Source: Actinomycetes bacterium
Lineage (GTDB): Bacteria; Actinomycetota; Actinomycetes; S36-B12; UBA5976
Length of the DNA: 64,000 nt
NCBI GenBank assembly: GCA_037137575.1
Contig: JBAXKB010000003.1
Coordinates: 1,314-65,313, forward strand
Direction: 5' to 3'
In this document: one piece after another, positions 31,705 through 41,700 of the stretch
How the letters are laid out: each line of letters starts with the position of its first letter
How positions within the stretch are numbered: the stretch's first letter is position 1
Program-made: the position numbers and the translations under genes
Notes under the pieces: model-generated
Databases searched by the model: none
The model's input: the letters and a program-made list of their open reading frames with translations, nothing else
Told to the model about the DNA's origin: nothing

Positions 31705-32022
31705 ATGACCTATGTCATCACACTGCCATGTGTCGATGTGAAAGATAAGGCTTGCATTGAAGAGTGCCCTGTCGATTGCATTTATGAAGGCGATCGCATG
31801 ATGTACATCCAGGCAGACGAATGTGTTGATTGTGGCGCCTGTGAACCAGTGTGTCCAACAGAAGCTATTTACTACGAAGATGATGTTCCTGAAGATCAGA
31901 ACAAGTTCAAACAGTTAAACGTTGATTTTTTCAAAGTTCTGGGTTCACCTGGCGGCGCTGCAAAAACTGGCAAGACCAGCAATGATCCAGAATTTGTTGC
32001 TGCACTTCCACCACAGGGATAA
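31705..32022 (+). CDS. fdxA: 7Fe ferredoxin
   Basis: Cys pattern CVDVKDKACIEECPVDCIY ... CVDCGACEPVCP. GGAGGA RBS. Confidence 0.93.
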   Translation: MTYVITLPCVDVKDKACIEECPVDCIYEGDRMMYIQADECVDCGACEPVCPTEAIYYEDDVPEDQNKFKQLNVDFFKVLGSPGGAAKTGKTSNDPEFVAALPPQG

Positions 32023-32027
32023 CTCCT

Positions 32028-33131
32028 CTGTTCACGCCACTTGCTAATGGGTTACCGGATTTTCCATGGGACCGTATCGCGGGGGCTGCGGAACTAGCAC
32101 GGAGTCATCCTGATGGAATTATCGATTTATCAATTGGCACTCCCGTTGACCCAACCCCAAGCGTAATTACCGAAGCGTTAAAAGCAGCAGCAAATGCGCC
32201 AGGGTATCCAACTGCGGTGGGCACAGTTGAACTGCGCCAAGCATGGTCTGATTGGGCGCAAAAAGCACTTGGCGTAACTGTTGGCCTTGATGAAATTTCA
32301 CCAACAATCGGCTCAAAAGAAATAGTGGCTTGGCTACCGACCATTTTGGGACTTGGGCCAGAGCACACGGTTGCAATTCCAGAGTTGGCTTATCCAACAT
32401 ATGCAGTTGGTGCGCAGATGGCTCGAGCGAATTTTCTCACCTACAACCATGCCGAAGAGATTCCGGCCGAAACCGCTTTAATCTGGGTTAACAGTCCGAG
32501 TAATCCAACCGGCGAAGTGAAAACAGTTTCGCATCTAAGCGCCGTTGTCGCTCGAGCTCGAGAAATCGGCGCTGTAGTTGTAAGTGACGAATGTTATGTC
32601 GAACTGGGTTGGGATGTAGATCCGGTTTCAATCCTGCACCCTGATGTAGTTGGCAACAGTAACGAATCTGTACTGGCAGTTCACTCACTTTCCAAGCGCT
32701 CAAACTTGGCTGGTTATCGCTCAGGTGCTGTATTAGGTGACAAGCGATTGATCGCAGATATCTTGGCACTGCGCAAACACGCCGGCATGCTTTTGCCGAG
32801 CCCAATTCAGGCCGCAACTGTGGCGGCCCTTGGCGACTCAGCTCATGTGGTTCAGCAGCGTGATGTCTATCACAATCGACGAAAAGTTCTAAAGGCTATG
32901 GTCCTTGATGCTGGTCTGCAGATTCACCACTCCCAAGCAGGGCTCTACCTTTGGGTAACGGCGGCAAAGCCGTGTTTAGAAACCGTGTCTTTGCTTGCAG
33001 TTGTTGGCATTTTGTGTGCTCCGGGCGATTTTTATGGCCCAGCAGGATCAAACCATGTTCGGATGGCCCTCACTGCCTCTGACGAACGCATCGCTGCGGT
33101 TGGCCAAAGACTGGCTTCATTACCGCTCTGA
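32028..33131 (+). CDS. dapC: succinyldiaminopimelate aminotransferase (class I aminotransferase)
   Basis: The conserved N-terminus (LPDFPWDRIA...DLSIGTPVDP) is encoded upstream of the first GTG at 32217. No ATG, GTG or TTG lies in frame between 31986 and 32216. The start is provisionally placed at CTG 32028. Confidence 0.8.
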   Translation: MFTPLANGLPDFPWDRIAGAAELARSHPDGIIDLSIGTPVDPTPSVITEALKAAANAPGYPTAVGTVELRQAWSDWAQKALGVTVGLDEISPTIGSKEIVAWLPTILGLGPEHTVAIPELAYPTYAVGAQMARANFLTYNHAEEIPAETALIWVNSPSNPTGEVKTVSHLSAVVARAREIGAVVVSDECYVELGWDVDPVSILHPDVVGNSNESVLAVHSLSKRSNLAGYRSGAVLGDKRLIADILALRKHAGMLLPSPIQAATVAALGDSAHVVQQRDVYHNRRKVLKAMVLDAGLQIHHSQAGLYLWVTAAKPCLETVSLLAVVGILCAPGDFYGPAGSNHVRMALTASDERIAAVGQRLASLPL

Positions 33132-33176
33132 CCTGCCATTAGTGCGTGGTGGGTGTGTCCTAGTAAGTTTAGGTTT

Positions 33177-34460
33177 ATGCCTGATGCAATTTTAAATTTT
33201 GGGGACTCCCGAATCGACCTGCCAGAGGTCAAAGCCACCGTTGGTTCTAATGGATTGAACGTTAACAATCTGCTCAAGGAAACAGGTGATGTTGCCCTCG
33301 ACTACGGATTCATGAACACAGCGTCATGTGCCTCAAGTATCACTTACCTTGATGGCGACCAGGGCATTCTTCGTTACCGCGGATATCCAATTGAACAGTT
33401 GGCCGATAAGAGTTCGTTCACCGAAGTTTCTTACCTATTGATTTACGGTGAATTGCCAACTGCAAGCCAGCTGACTGAATTCGAATCTCAAATTAGTCGC
33501 CACACCATGATCCATGAGGACATGCGCCGCTTCTTTGGTGGTTTTCCACGCGATGCGCATCCGATGCCGGTTCTTTCAAGTGCGGTTAGCGCGCTGTCAA
33601 CTTTCTATCAGGATTCTCTTGACCCGTTTGATCCGTATCAGGTTGAAGTTTCCACTATTCGCTTGATGGCAAAGATGCCAACACTTGCGGCCTACGCACA
33701 TAAGAAAACAGTTGGCCAGCCGTTTGTTTATCCAGATAACAACTTGAGCTATGTACAAAACTTAATGAAGATGACTTTCGGGGTGCCTGCTGAAGAGTAC
33801 ATCGTTGATGATGTCGTAGTGAAAGCGCTAGACATGCTCTTCATTTTGCATGCCGATCATGAGCAGAATTGTTCAACTTCCACCGTTCGTATGGTGGGTT
33901 CATCTCACGCCAACCTATTTGCCTCAGTATCAGCTGGCATCAATGCACTATTTGGTCCACTTCACGGTGGAGCGAATCAGGCAGTACTTGAAATGTTGCA
34001 GGGGATAAAAGATTCTGGCGAGGGCGTTCAGGCATTCATCAACAAAGTTAAGAACAAAGAAGATGGCATCCGCCTAATGGGCTTTGGACATCGTGTTTAC
34101 AAGAATTACGATCCACGCGCAGCTATCGTTAAACGTCATTGCGAAGATATCTTGACTCGTCTTGGTGTTCAGGACCCACTATTTGATATTGCTCGCGAAC
34201 TTGAAGAAGCAGCTTTGGCTGATGACTTCTTCATTAGCCGCAAGCTATATCCAAATGTCGATTTCTACACTGGCTTGATTTACCGTGCCGTTGGTTTCCC
34301 AACTCCAATGTTCACTGTGATGTTTGCACTTGGTCGCTTACCAGGTTGGATTGCCCAATGGCACGAAATGATCAATGATCCCGCAACAAAGATTGGCCGT
34401 CCACGTCAGGTCTATGTTGGTCAAGATGCGCGCGATTACACGCAAATTACTAGCCGTTAA
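33177..34460 (+). CDS. gltA: citrate synthase
   Basis: Citrate synthase motifs are present ([21 protein letters not shown]). I prefer the ATG at 33177 (MPDAILNF...). Confidence 0.93.
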   Translation: MPDAILNFGDSRIDLPEVKATVGSNGLNVNNLLKETGDVALDYGFMNTASCASSITYLDGDQGILRYRGYPIEQLADKSSFTEVSYLLIYGELPTASQLTEFESQISRHTMIHEDMRRFFGGFPRDAHPMPVLSSAVSALSTFYQDSLDPFDPYQVEVSTIRLMAKMPTLAAYAHKKTVGQPFVYPDNNLSYVQNLMKMTFGVPAEEYIVDDVVVKALDMLFILHADHEQNCSTSTVRMVGSSHANLFASVSAGINALFGPLHGGANQAVLEMLQGIKDSGEGVQAFINKVKNKEDGIRLMGFGHRVYKNYDPRAAIVKRHCEDILTRLGVQDPLFDIARELEEAALADDFFISRKLYPNVDFYTGLIYRAVGFPTPMFTVMFALGRLPGWIAQWHEMINDPATKIGRPRQVYVGQDARDYTQITSR

Positions 34461-35380
34461 TTAGCGTGTAGAGCTGCGTTCAAGCCGCCCCAAGATCCTT
34501 CGCGAGCAACAGCTTCTAGAGCTCCAGTTAGCGAATTGCGTCGGTACAACAAGCCAGTTGCCCCAGAAAGTTCGCGACCTTTCACTACTTGGCCATCAGG
34601 CAAGGTAATTTTCGATCCACCTGTTATGTAGCAGCCGGATTCAATTAGACAGTTATCGCCAAGTGAAATACCAACACCGGCATTAGCGCCGACTAAGCAA
34701 TTCTTAGCAATTGTGATCATCTCTTTGCCGCCACCTGAGAGCGTACCCATGATGCTTGCCCCACCGCCGATGTCTGAGCCATCGCCCACAACAACGCCAG
34801 CTGAAATCCGACCTTCGACCATGCTGACCCCCAGCGTGCCGGCATTGAAATTAACAAAACCTTCGTGCATCACTGTTGTGCCGTCGGCCAAGTGTGCGCC
34901 CAGTCGGACGCGATCAGCATCTGCGATCCGCACACCACTTGGTACCACATAGTCAACCATTCGTGGGAATTTGTCGACGCCAAAAATTGTGATGTGCTGG
35001 CCCTTGCTACGAGCTTGCAGTTGCGCAGCTGAAAGATTGTTTACGGCAATTGGCCCAAGTGATGTCCATGCAACATTGGCGAGTAATCCAAAGATGCCAT
35101 CCAAGTTAATACTGCGCGGAGCCTTCAACCGGTGTGAAAGTAGGTGCAACCGCAGGTAGGCATCGGCTGCATCAACTGGAGCAGCGCCAAGATCATCAAT
35201 AACTGTTGTGATGACTTCAACGCGGACTGCGCGAATGTCATCGGTATCGATGCCACGTTCAAGACCACTAACAGGCTTGGCACTTGCAGATAGCGCCGGT
35301 TCTGGATACCAAACATCAAGTAAGGACCCATCAGAATATGTCGCTAAACCTATGGCAGATGCGCTTTCATGCTGTGACAT
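34457..35380 (-). CDS. dapD: 2,3,4,5-tetrahydropyridine-2,6-dicarboxylate N-succinyltransferase
   Basis: 307 aa with a left-handed beta-helix hexapeptide repeat region. Divergent from dapE, as in other Actinobacteria. GAGGAG RBS. Confidence 0.88.
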   Translation of the reverse strand: MSQHESASAIGLATYSDGSLLDVWYPEPALSASAKPVSGLERGIDTDDIRAVRVEVITTVIDDLGAAPVDAADAYLRLHLLSHRLKAPRSINLDGIFGLLANVAWTSLGPIAVNNLSAAQLQARSKGQHITIFGVDKFPRMVDYVVPSGVRIADADRVRLGAHLADGTTVMHEGFVNFNAGTLGVSMVEGRISAGVVVGDGSDIGGGASIMGTLSGGGKEMITIAKNCLVGANAGVGISLGDNCLIESGCYITGGSKITLPDGQVVKGRELSGATGLLYRRNSLTGALEAVAREGSWGGLNAALHAN

Positions 35381-35396
35381 GAGACTCCTCTATGTG

Positions 35397-35411
35397 TTGG
35401 CTATTAGCCAA
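35397..35411. promoter_or_regulatory. 15-bp perfect palindrome in the dapD/dapE divergent spacer (candidate operator)
   Basis: The sequence TTGGCTAtTAGCCAA occupies a quarter of the 60-bp spacer, just upstream of the dapD RBS and 30 nt from the dapE GTG. Confidence 0.3.
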
Positions 35412-35440
35412 TAAAACCTCTACACCACTACGGTAGTCGT

Positions 35441-36547
35441 GTGGAGTCTTTGTTACTTAACCTAGGTGCTGATGTCGCAGATATCACTATGCAACTAGTC
35501 AATGTGGCGAGTGTCTCTGGCGATGAGGCCGCGCTTGCCAACGCTGTTCAAGCCGAACTAGAACGTTGTGATTGGCTGTCGGTTACTCGAATCTCAAACA
35601 CTGTTATTGCCCGCACTAATTTGGGCCACTCAAAGCGGGTTGTCTTAGCTGGGCATCTCGACACAGTTCCACCAGCTAACAACACCAGCGCCATCCGAGT
35701 GCCAGCCGGTGGCAACCTGCCAACTGGTGAATCAGTGGATGAAGAAGTTATCTTTGGGCTCGGTAGTTGTGACATGAAATCTGGAGTTGCTGTTGCACTA
35801 AAAACAGCAGTGACAGTTAGCGATCCAAATGTAGATGTAACTTATATTTTTTATGAATGTGAAGAAGTAGATAGTTCTCGCAACGGGCTAGCTTTGGTTA
35901 GCAAAGTGGCGCCGGAATTACTTACTGCCGACATCGCAGTTCTACTCGAACCATCCAATGCCGGAATTGAAGCGGGTTGCCAAGGAACGTTACGTGCACA
36001 AATTACGGCAACAGGTGTTCGGGCTCATAGTGCGCGATCTTGGCACGGTAAGAATGCAATTCATGAATTGGCACCGGCGTTGGTTATCTTGGCTAACTTT
36101 GAACCGGACCGGGTATTAGTTGATGGACTTGAATATCGCGAAGGACTAAACGCAGTCGGAATTAGTGGCGGTATAGCTGGAAATGTTATTCCTGATTCAG
36201 CCATGCTAACTGTAAATTATCGTTACGCACCAAGTGTTAGCGCGGGGGACGCCGAAGCCAAGATTATCCAAATTTTTTCCGGGTTCGATGTTGAGATAGT
36301 GGATAATGCACCAGGTGCATTACCTGGCTTAAGTGAACCCGCATTAGCGAATTTACTTGAGCAAGTGGGCGGTGATGTCGTTGCGAAATTTGGTTGGACC
36401 GACGTTTCTAGATTCGCCGAGTTAGGTATTCCGGCAGTAAATCTTGGTCCAGGAAACCCAGGTTTGGCACACAGCGCTGGTGAACACGTTCCAGTTAGTC
36501 AGATCTATCGCACCGCCGAACTCATTAATCAGTGGCTAGTTAAATAA
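35441..36547 (+). CDS. dapE: succinyl-diaminopimelate desuccinylase (M20 peptidase family)
   Basis: M20 motifs are present (LAGHLDTV, GSCDMKSG). TACGGT at 35429-35434 is placed as a -10 element for a leaderless GTG start. Confidence 0.88.
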   Translation: MESLLLNLGADVADITMQLVNVASVSGDEAALANAVQAELERCDWLSVTRISNTVIARTNLGHSKRVVLAGHLDTVPPANNTSAIRVPAGGNLPTGESVDEEVIFGLGSCDMKSGVAVALKTAVTVSDPNVDVTYIFYECEEVDSSRNGLALVSKVAPELLTADIAVLLEPSNAGIEAGCQGTLRAQITATGVRAHSARSWHGKNAIHELAPALVILANFEPDRVLVDGLEYREGLNAVGISGGIAGNVIPDSAMLTVNYRYAPSVSAGDAEAKIIQIFSGFDVEIVDNAPGALPGLSEPALANLLEQVGGDVVAKFGWTDVSRFAELGIPAVNLGPGNPGLAHSAGEHVPVSQIYRTAELINQWLVK

Positions 36548-36583
36548 CAGGTTCGGGTTGCCATTAGGCGCTAGCGTGGAACT

Positions 36584-37396
36584 ATGAATTCACGCCAATC
36601 ACATAATGAGTCACAGCGCCAAGGTCCCGTAATCAGACGTGGCCACGCAAAACGCAAGGGAACAACAGATCAACGACTGTTGGATAGCCATGGGCCAGCC
36701 GAATGGCTACATCAAGACCCATGGCGGGTCATGCGGATTCAGTCTGAGTTTGTTAACGGTTTCGGCGCACTTGCCGATCTTGGGCCAGCATTTAGCATTT
36801 TTGGTAGCGCTCGCACTCCGAGCGATCACCCTGAATATTTACAGGCGCAGGAATTAGCCAACAAACTTTCAAATCTGGGCTACAGCGTCATCACCGGTGG
36901 CGGTCCAGGGATTATGGAAGCCGCAAATAAAGGATGTATGGCTGGCCCCGGTATTTCTGTTGGGCTTGGAATTGAATTGACCTTTGAGCAAAGCATGAAT
37001 GAATACATTGAACTTGGTATTGATTTCCGCTACTTCTTTGCTCGCAAAACAATGTTCATTAAATATGCTCAAGGCTTTGTTGTATTCCCTGGCGGCTACG
37101 GAACTTTTGATGAACTTTTTGAAGCATTAACTTTGGTGCAAACCAAAAAAGTGACTTCATTTCCAATCGTCTTAATTGGTACAAAATACTGGGGCGCGAT
37201 GGTCGAATGGTTAAAATCCACAGTCGCTGCCGAGAACAAAATCTCACCTGAAGACGTAGATATGCTGCACATCACCGATGATGTTGATGAGGCGATCGAG
37301 ATTCTGATGCAAGCTGCAACGCATCGCAAGGCGCTCGTTGACGAGCGCGGTGTTATCCGCGGTGGTGGCAATGAGGCACCTTCAGGTACCGTGTAG
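36584..37396 (+). CDS. LOG-family (TIGR00730) nucleotide phosphoribohydrolase
   Basis: GGGPGIMEA and PGGYGTFDELFE motifs. Confidence 0.85.
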   Translation: MNSRQSHNESQRQGPVIRRGHAKRKGTTDQRLLDSHGPAEWLHQDPWRVMRIQSEFVNGFGALADLGPAFSIFGSARTPSDHPEYLQAQELANKLSNLGYSVITGGGPGIMEAANKGCMAGPGISVGLGIELTFEQSMNEYIELGIDFRYFFARKTMFIKYAQGFVVFPGGYGTFDELFEALTLVQTKKVTSFPIVLIGTKYWGAMVEWLKSTVAAENKISPEDVDMLHITDDVDEAIEILMQAATHRKALVDERGVIRGGGNEAPSGTV

Positions 37397-37398
37397 TA

Positions 37399-37845
37399 AT
37401 GACTCATTTGGAATTACGCGTTGACATCCAGGCTCCAGCACAGGCGGTATGGGATGCAATGACATCCTGGACCGATCAAGGCAAATGGATGATGGCAACT
37501 AAAGTTGAATCACAGGATGGTGATGGCCGACATGTTGACGCACGAATTAGCGCTTTCACTGGCTTTGGACCAATCGGCATCCTGGACACTATGACGATCA
37601 CCGAGTGGAATCCGCCTACTGTTTGCAAAGTGGTACATACTGGCAACATCGTGCGCGGTACTGGGGAATTCGTAGTTGAACCGATTCACGAGCAGGCTGC
37701 TACTTTTATCTGGGCTGAAGACCTAGAAATTCCCCTTGGAGTCATTGGGAAATTGGGCTTTTTATTGATAAAGCCAGCATTTTTGTTTGGCATCAGACGC
37801 TCCTTGGCAAAGTTCGCACATTTAGTGGAAATTGGCCAAATTTAG
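37399..37845 (+). CDS. SRPBCC (START/polyketide cyclase-like) family protein
   Basis: 148 aa. The N-terminal pattern (VDIQAPAQAVWDAMTSW) is typical of the SRPBCC fold. Confidence 0.65.
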   Translation: MTHLELRVDIQAPAQAVWDAMTSWTDQGKWMMATKVESQDGDGRHVDARISAFTGFGPIGILDTMTITEWNPPTVCKVVHTGNIVRGTGEFVVEPIHEQAATFIWAEDLEIPLGVIGKLGFLLIKPAFLFGIRRSLAKFAHLVEIGQI

Positions 37846-37918
37846 GGATTTCTTAACCACCCGATTCTTTGGGATAATGGGGAACTAGTTAAATGCTCTA
37901 ATTGAAAGAGGTCCTCTT

Positions 37919-38116
37919 ATGGCTGCAATGAAGCCACGTACCGGAGACGGTCCGATGGAATGCCCAAAAGAGGGACGTAGTTACGTATTGCGAGTCCCAC
38001 TTGAAGGTGGCGGACGTTTAGTTGTTGAACTCAACGCGCAAGAAGTAAAAGATTTAAGTGTTGTCTTGGCCGACACCGTAACTGGAATGCCAAAGACTCC
38101 GGCTAAGAAGAAATAG
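37919..38116 (+). CDS. DUF3117 small conserved actinobacterial protein
   Basis: 65 aa. MAAMKPRTGDGPMECPKEGR...GGGRLVVELN matches the highly conserved DUF3117 family. Confidence 0.8.
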   Translation: MAAMKPRTGDGPMECPKEGRSYVLRVPLEGGGRLVVELNAQEVKDLSVVLADTVTGMPKTPAKKK

Positions 38117-38118
38117 TT

Positions 38119-38793
38119 TTAACGTCGCACTGCGACTAGCAAACCATCGCCCATCGGTATCAATGATCCGACTAGCTCATCATTTTTTGACAGGGCATTA
38201 ACGGCGGTTCTAACGGACACTGTTTCTGCATCTCGCTGCGCTGGGTCAGCAACTCGGTCTGACCAAAGAGCGCGATCAACAATTAATAGGCCACCTTGGC
38301 GGAGCAAAGTCATGGCGCTTTCAATATTTGATTCAAGCTCAAGCGGACGACCAGAAATTAAAACAATGTCGTATGCATACTCGGTTAAGCGATCAAGAAC
38401 TTCACTTACTCGCCCATTAATTAGACGTACGCGCTTTGCTGGAATTCCAGACTCGGCAAGGGCGTCTTTAGCGATTACCTGATGCTCTGCTTCGCTATCC
38501 ACACTGGTTAATACGCCATAAGGATTCATGCCTTCTAATAGCCAGAGCGCAGAAATGCCGGCGCCGGTGCCAATTTCAACGACATTGCGAGCATCGATTG
38601 CCGCAGCTAGTAAGCGAAGTATGCTGCCAGCACCTGGGCTAACAGCCGCACAGCCAATCTCAGCGGCCCGTGCGCGCGCCCCGGTGCGAGCTGCATCTTC
38701 AGGGGCCCAAGCTTCCGCGAAGTCCCATGAAGCTTTGTGTAGTGCCAAAATGCGTGGATCAGTTGGTGCCATGTAAGTAAGCGTACGACCCAT
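38119..38793 (-). CDS. class I SAM-dependent O-methyltransferase
   Basis: SAM-binding motif (VVEIGTGAGISALWL) and co-linearity with the mycobacterial Rv1220c-type OMT. The start is uncertain; candidates are 38853, 38793 and 38772. Confidence 0.8.
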   Translation of the reverse strand: MGRTLTYMAPTDPRILALHKASWDFAEAWAPEDAARTGARARAAEIGCAAVSPGAGSILRLLAAAIDARNVVEIGTGAGISALWLLEGMNPYGVLTSVDSEAEHQVIAKDALAESGIPAKRVRLINGRVSEVLDRLTEYAYDIVLISGRPLELESNIESAMTLLRQGGLLIVDRALWSDRVADPAQRDAETVSVRTAVNALSKNDELVGSLIPMGDGLLVAVRR

Positions 38794-38864
38794 GTTTGGA
38801 TTCTGTGAAGATTGACCCACCACTGCGTCACATCGTGTTGATATGGGCAACAATTAGGGGTAAG

Positions 38865-38878
38865 AGCAAGTACTTGCT
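38865..38878. promoter_or_regulatory. 14-bp perfect palindrome upstream of htrA (candidate operator)
   Basis: The sequence AGCAAGTACTTGCT lies 32 nt upstream of the htrA ATG, in the OMT-htrA spacer. Confidence 0.3.
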
Positions 38879-38909
38879 GTGAAAAGTTTGAAGTGAGGAA
38901 ATTGTCACC

Positions 38910-40223
38910 ATGACAGAGAGTCATAACGAGCACGTGGGCCAGCCTGAAGCGGCGCCAGATTCTGCAGATTTCACGCCAACAGGTCCAACTGATAGCGCGA
39001 CTGCAGACTCAGTTGATGTCTTGGCCGCTGGCGCACCCGGATCAGATTCAGCGGACGTAACCGCTGTTCCTGCGCCCACTGCAGCAGATGCAGACGCTGG
39101 TCAAGTTCTAGGAGCTACCTGGGTTTATCAGCCAAAGCCGTCATCGCCAGAATCTAAGTGGAATCGCCCGGTACTTGCTGCGGTAATCGCAGGACTAATT
39201 GCCGGCTTTTTAGGCGGGGCAGCGGGTTACCATTTGGCAGCTACGGTTGCCAATAATTCCGGCACTTATACAAACCTAATTTCCACACCTGGCGACACCT
39301 CACCGCGCCCGGATGGCTCGATTGCAAACATTGCTAAAAATGTTTTACCAGTTGTAGTTTCGATTGATGTTTCGTCTGCATCTGGCGAAGGCACAGGCTC
39401 TGGTTTTGTCATCAAGACCACGAACACTTGGTCTTATGTTTTGACGAACAACCACGTTGTGGTGGGCGCAGGATCATCAGCTCGAATTACGGTTCATTTT
39501 CAAAATCAAAAATCTATCGGAGCCAGCATTGTTGGTCGGGATCCGTCCTACGATTTAGCGGTACTAAAGATTGCTGCTGCAAACTTGCCTGTTGCCACAT
39601 TAGGAAATTCAGATGATGTTGTCGTCGGGGATACCGCAATCGCCATAGGTTCGCCGCTGGGATTAAGTGGAACAGTTACCTACGGAATCATCTCGGCGCT
39701 CAATCGCCCGGTAACCGCTGGTTCCAGCGGTGACTCATCGTTTATCAATGCGATTCAAACTGATGCCGCAATCAATCCAGGTAATTCAGGTGGTCCACTG
39801 GTGAATGCACGGGGTCAGGTAATCGGCATTAACTCAGCGATTGCCACTCTAGGCTCAACTTCACTTGGCGCAGAATCTGGCAGCATCGGACTTGGTTTTT
39901 CGATCCCAATCAACGAAGCGAAGCGAGTTGCAACTGAACTTATGCAAACTGGTTCGTCGACTCATCCGATCATTGGAATCTCAGTAGATATGCGTTACAC
40001 CGGGGTGGGCGCAAAAGTTAGCGAAATTACCCCTGGTGGACCGGCGCAGAATACAGACCTTAAGCCAGGCGATGTAATTACCGCTATCGATGGAGATCTC
40101 GTAAACGATGGCACTGAATTGATAGTCAAAATTCGGGCCCGTAATTCAGGCGATAAAGTTGTACTCACGCGACGAAATAATTCTGATGTCACAGTGGTCT
40201 TAGCGTCTAAAGCGTCTAATTAA
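38910..40223 (+). CDS. htrA: HtrA/DegP-family serine protease with PDZ domain
   Basis: Acidic, low-complexity N-terminus followed by a TM helix, a trypsin-like domain (GNSGGPLV) and a C-terminal PDZ domain. Confidence 0.9.
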   Translation: MTESHNEHVGQPEAAPDSADFTPTGPTDSATADSVDVLAAGAPGSDSADVTAVPAPTAADADAGQVLGATWVYQPKPSSPESKWNRPVLAAVIAGLIAGFLGGAAGYHLAATVANNSGTYTNLISTPGDTSPRPDGSIANIAKNVLPVVVSIDVSSASGEGTGSGFVIKTTNTWSYVLTNNHVVVGAGSSARITVHFQNQKSIGASIVGRDPSYDLAVLKIAAANLPVATLGNSDDVVVGDTAIAIGSPLGLSGTVTYGIISALNRPVTAGSSGDSSFINAIQTDAAINPGNSGGPLVNARGQVIGINSAIATLGSTSLGAESGSIGLGFSIPINEAKRVATELMQTGSSTHPIIGISVDMRYTGVGAKVSEITPGGPAQNTDLKPGDVITAIDGDLVNDGTELIVKIRARNSGDKVVLTRRNNSDVTVVLASKASN

Positions 40224-40238
40224 GAGGGGAAAACTCGA

Positions 40239-40565
40239 ATGCTTGGTGTTGGCTTTCCGGAACTTTTCTTTATTGCTGTTATTGCACTGGTGATTTTTGG
40301 CCCAAATCGTTTGCCGGAAATTGCGCGCAGTGCCGGTAGCGGTATCCGACGAGCACGAGCATTTCTGGCTAATGCTATGGAATCACTTGATGAAGAAGCT
40401 AAAGGCATCACAAATTTCGCTACCGAACTACAAAGTCTGACGCCACGGGGCATCATGAATCAAGTACTGGCATCAGATAATTCATCGCGGCAAAATAGCG
40501 ATACGCCGCCAGTTCGGGTTAGCCGTAATAATTTGCGAACTGACTTCGATCCAGATGCGACTTAA
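40239..40565 (+). CDS. tatB: Sec-independent (Tat) translocase subunit TatB
   Basis: N-terminal GFPELFFIAVIALVIFGPNRLPE motif. It lies downstream of htrA, as tatB does in mycobacteria. Confidence 0.8.
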   Translation: MLGVGFPELFFIAVIALVIFGPNRLPEIARSAGSGIRRARAFLANAMESLDEEAKGITNFATELQSLTPRGIMNQVLASDNSSRQNSDTPPVRVSRNNLRTDFDPDAT

Positions 40566-41683
40566 GAAAGAACGGTAAGTCGCAGATCGCTTAATGACCT
40601 TGGTCGATCAACCATGCGCTTTGCTAATTCACCAAGTTGAACAGCTGCCTGCGAATCTGGATGATCGACAACTAGTGGTGAACCACTATCGCCACCTTCA
40701 CGCAAACGGGAATCAAAAGCTATCTTGGCTAAAAGTGGAATCTCGTAGCCAAGGTTTTCAGAAAGTGTTTTTGCTACCGACTCGCCACCGCCACTGCCAA
40801 ACAACTCCATAGCTTCGCCACAGTGTGGGCAAGTAAGTGCTGACATGTTTTCGAGCACACCGAATACTTTTTGGTCAAAAGCTGGAGCCAGCATGCCTGC
40901 GCGAATTGCCACATCGGCTGCCGCAAGTTGTGGGGTAGTGACAACAATTAATTCTGCATGTGGCAGAAGTCGGGCCACACTCATTGGCACATCACCAGTA
41001 CCTGGTGGCATATCAAAGAGCAATACATCAAGCTCTCCCCAGTAGACGTCAGTTAGGAATGCTTCAACATATTTGTGCAGCATTGGTCCACGAGCTGCAA
41101 TTGGTTCGTGCCGACCGCCTGGCTTGAAAGATAACATCGACATCACACTGATTCCGTGTGCCGATTGTGGCAACATCATTCCATCGATTGGCGTAGGACC
41201 ACCAGTTAGACCGAGCATGTCAGGAATTGAGTGACCATAAATATCCGCATCTAGGATGCCAACAGATTTTCCTTGTGCAGCAAGGGATGCAGCCAAGTTC
41301 ACCGTGATTGAAGACTTGCCAACGCCGCCTTTACCCGAGGCAATCGCATAGATGCGAGTCAGCGAATCCGGCTGAGTGAACGCAATCTTTTTCTGTGGAC
41401 CTTGCAGCAAGTTTCGTAGTTGTTCGCGCTGCTCTTCGCTCATAGGTTCGAGTGAAACATTAACTTCGCTGACACCGGGAACAGCGCCAACAGCAGATTG
41501 CACGCCACCGGTAATGGCTTCTTTCATCGGGCAAGCAGCAATTGTTAAGTAAACATCAACGTTGACTGTTGAACCTGATATTTCAAAACCCTTGAGCATG
41601 CCAATCTCAGTTATTGGTCGGCGAATTTCTGGGTCGATAACGGTGGCAAGTGCAGCCTGAACTGCATCGCGTGAAATGCTCAC
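40562..41683 (-). CDS. mrp: Mrp/ApbC Fe-S cluster carrier ATPase
   Basis: N-terminal DUF59-like domain, a deviant Walker A (ASGKGGVGKSS) and a CPHC motif. Confidence 0.93.
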   Translation of the reverse strand: MSISRDAVQAALATVIDPEIRRPITEIGMLKGFEISGSTVNVDVYLTIAACPMKEAITGGVQSAVGAVPGVSEVNVSLEPMSEEQREQLRNLLQGPQKKIAFTQPDSLTRIYAIASGKGGVGKSSITVNLAASLAAQGKSVGILDADIYGHSIPDMLGLTGGPTPIDGMMLPQSAHGISVMSMLSFKPGGRHEPIAARGPMLHKYVEAFLTDVYWGELDVLLFDMPPGTGDVPMSVARLLPHAELIVVTTPQLAAADVAIRAGMLAPAFDQKVFGVLENMSALTCPHCGEAMELFGSGGGESVAKTLSENLGYEIPLLAKIAFDSRLREGGDSGSPLVVDHPDSQAAVQLGELAKRMVDRPRSLSDLRLTVLS

Positions 41684-41700
41684 GAATTGATCCTTAGTAA

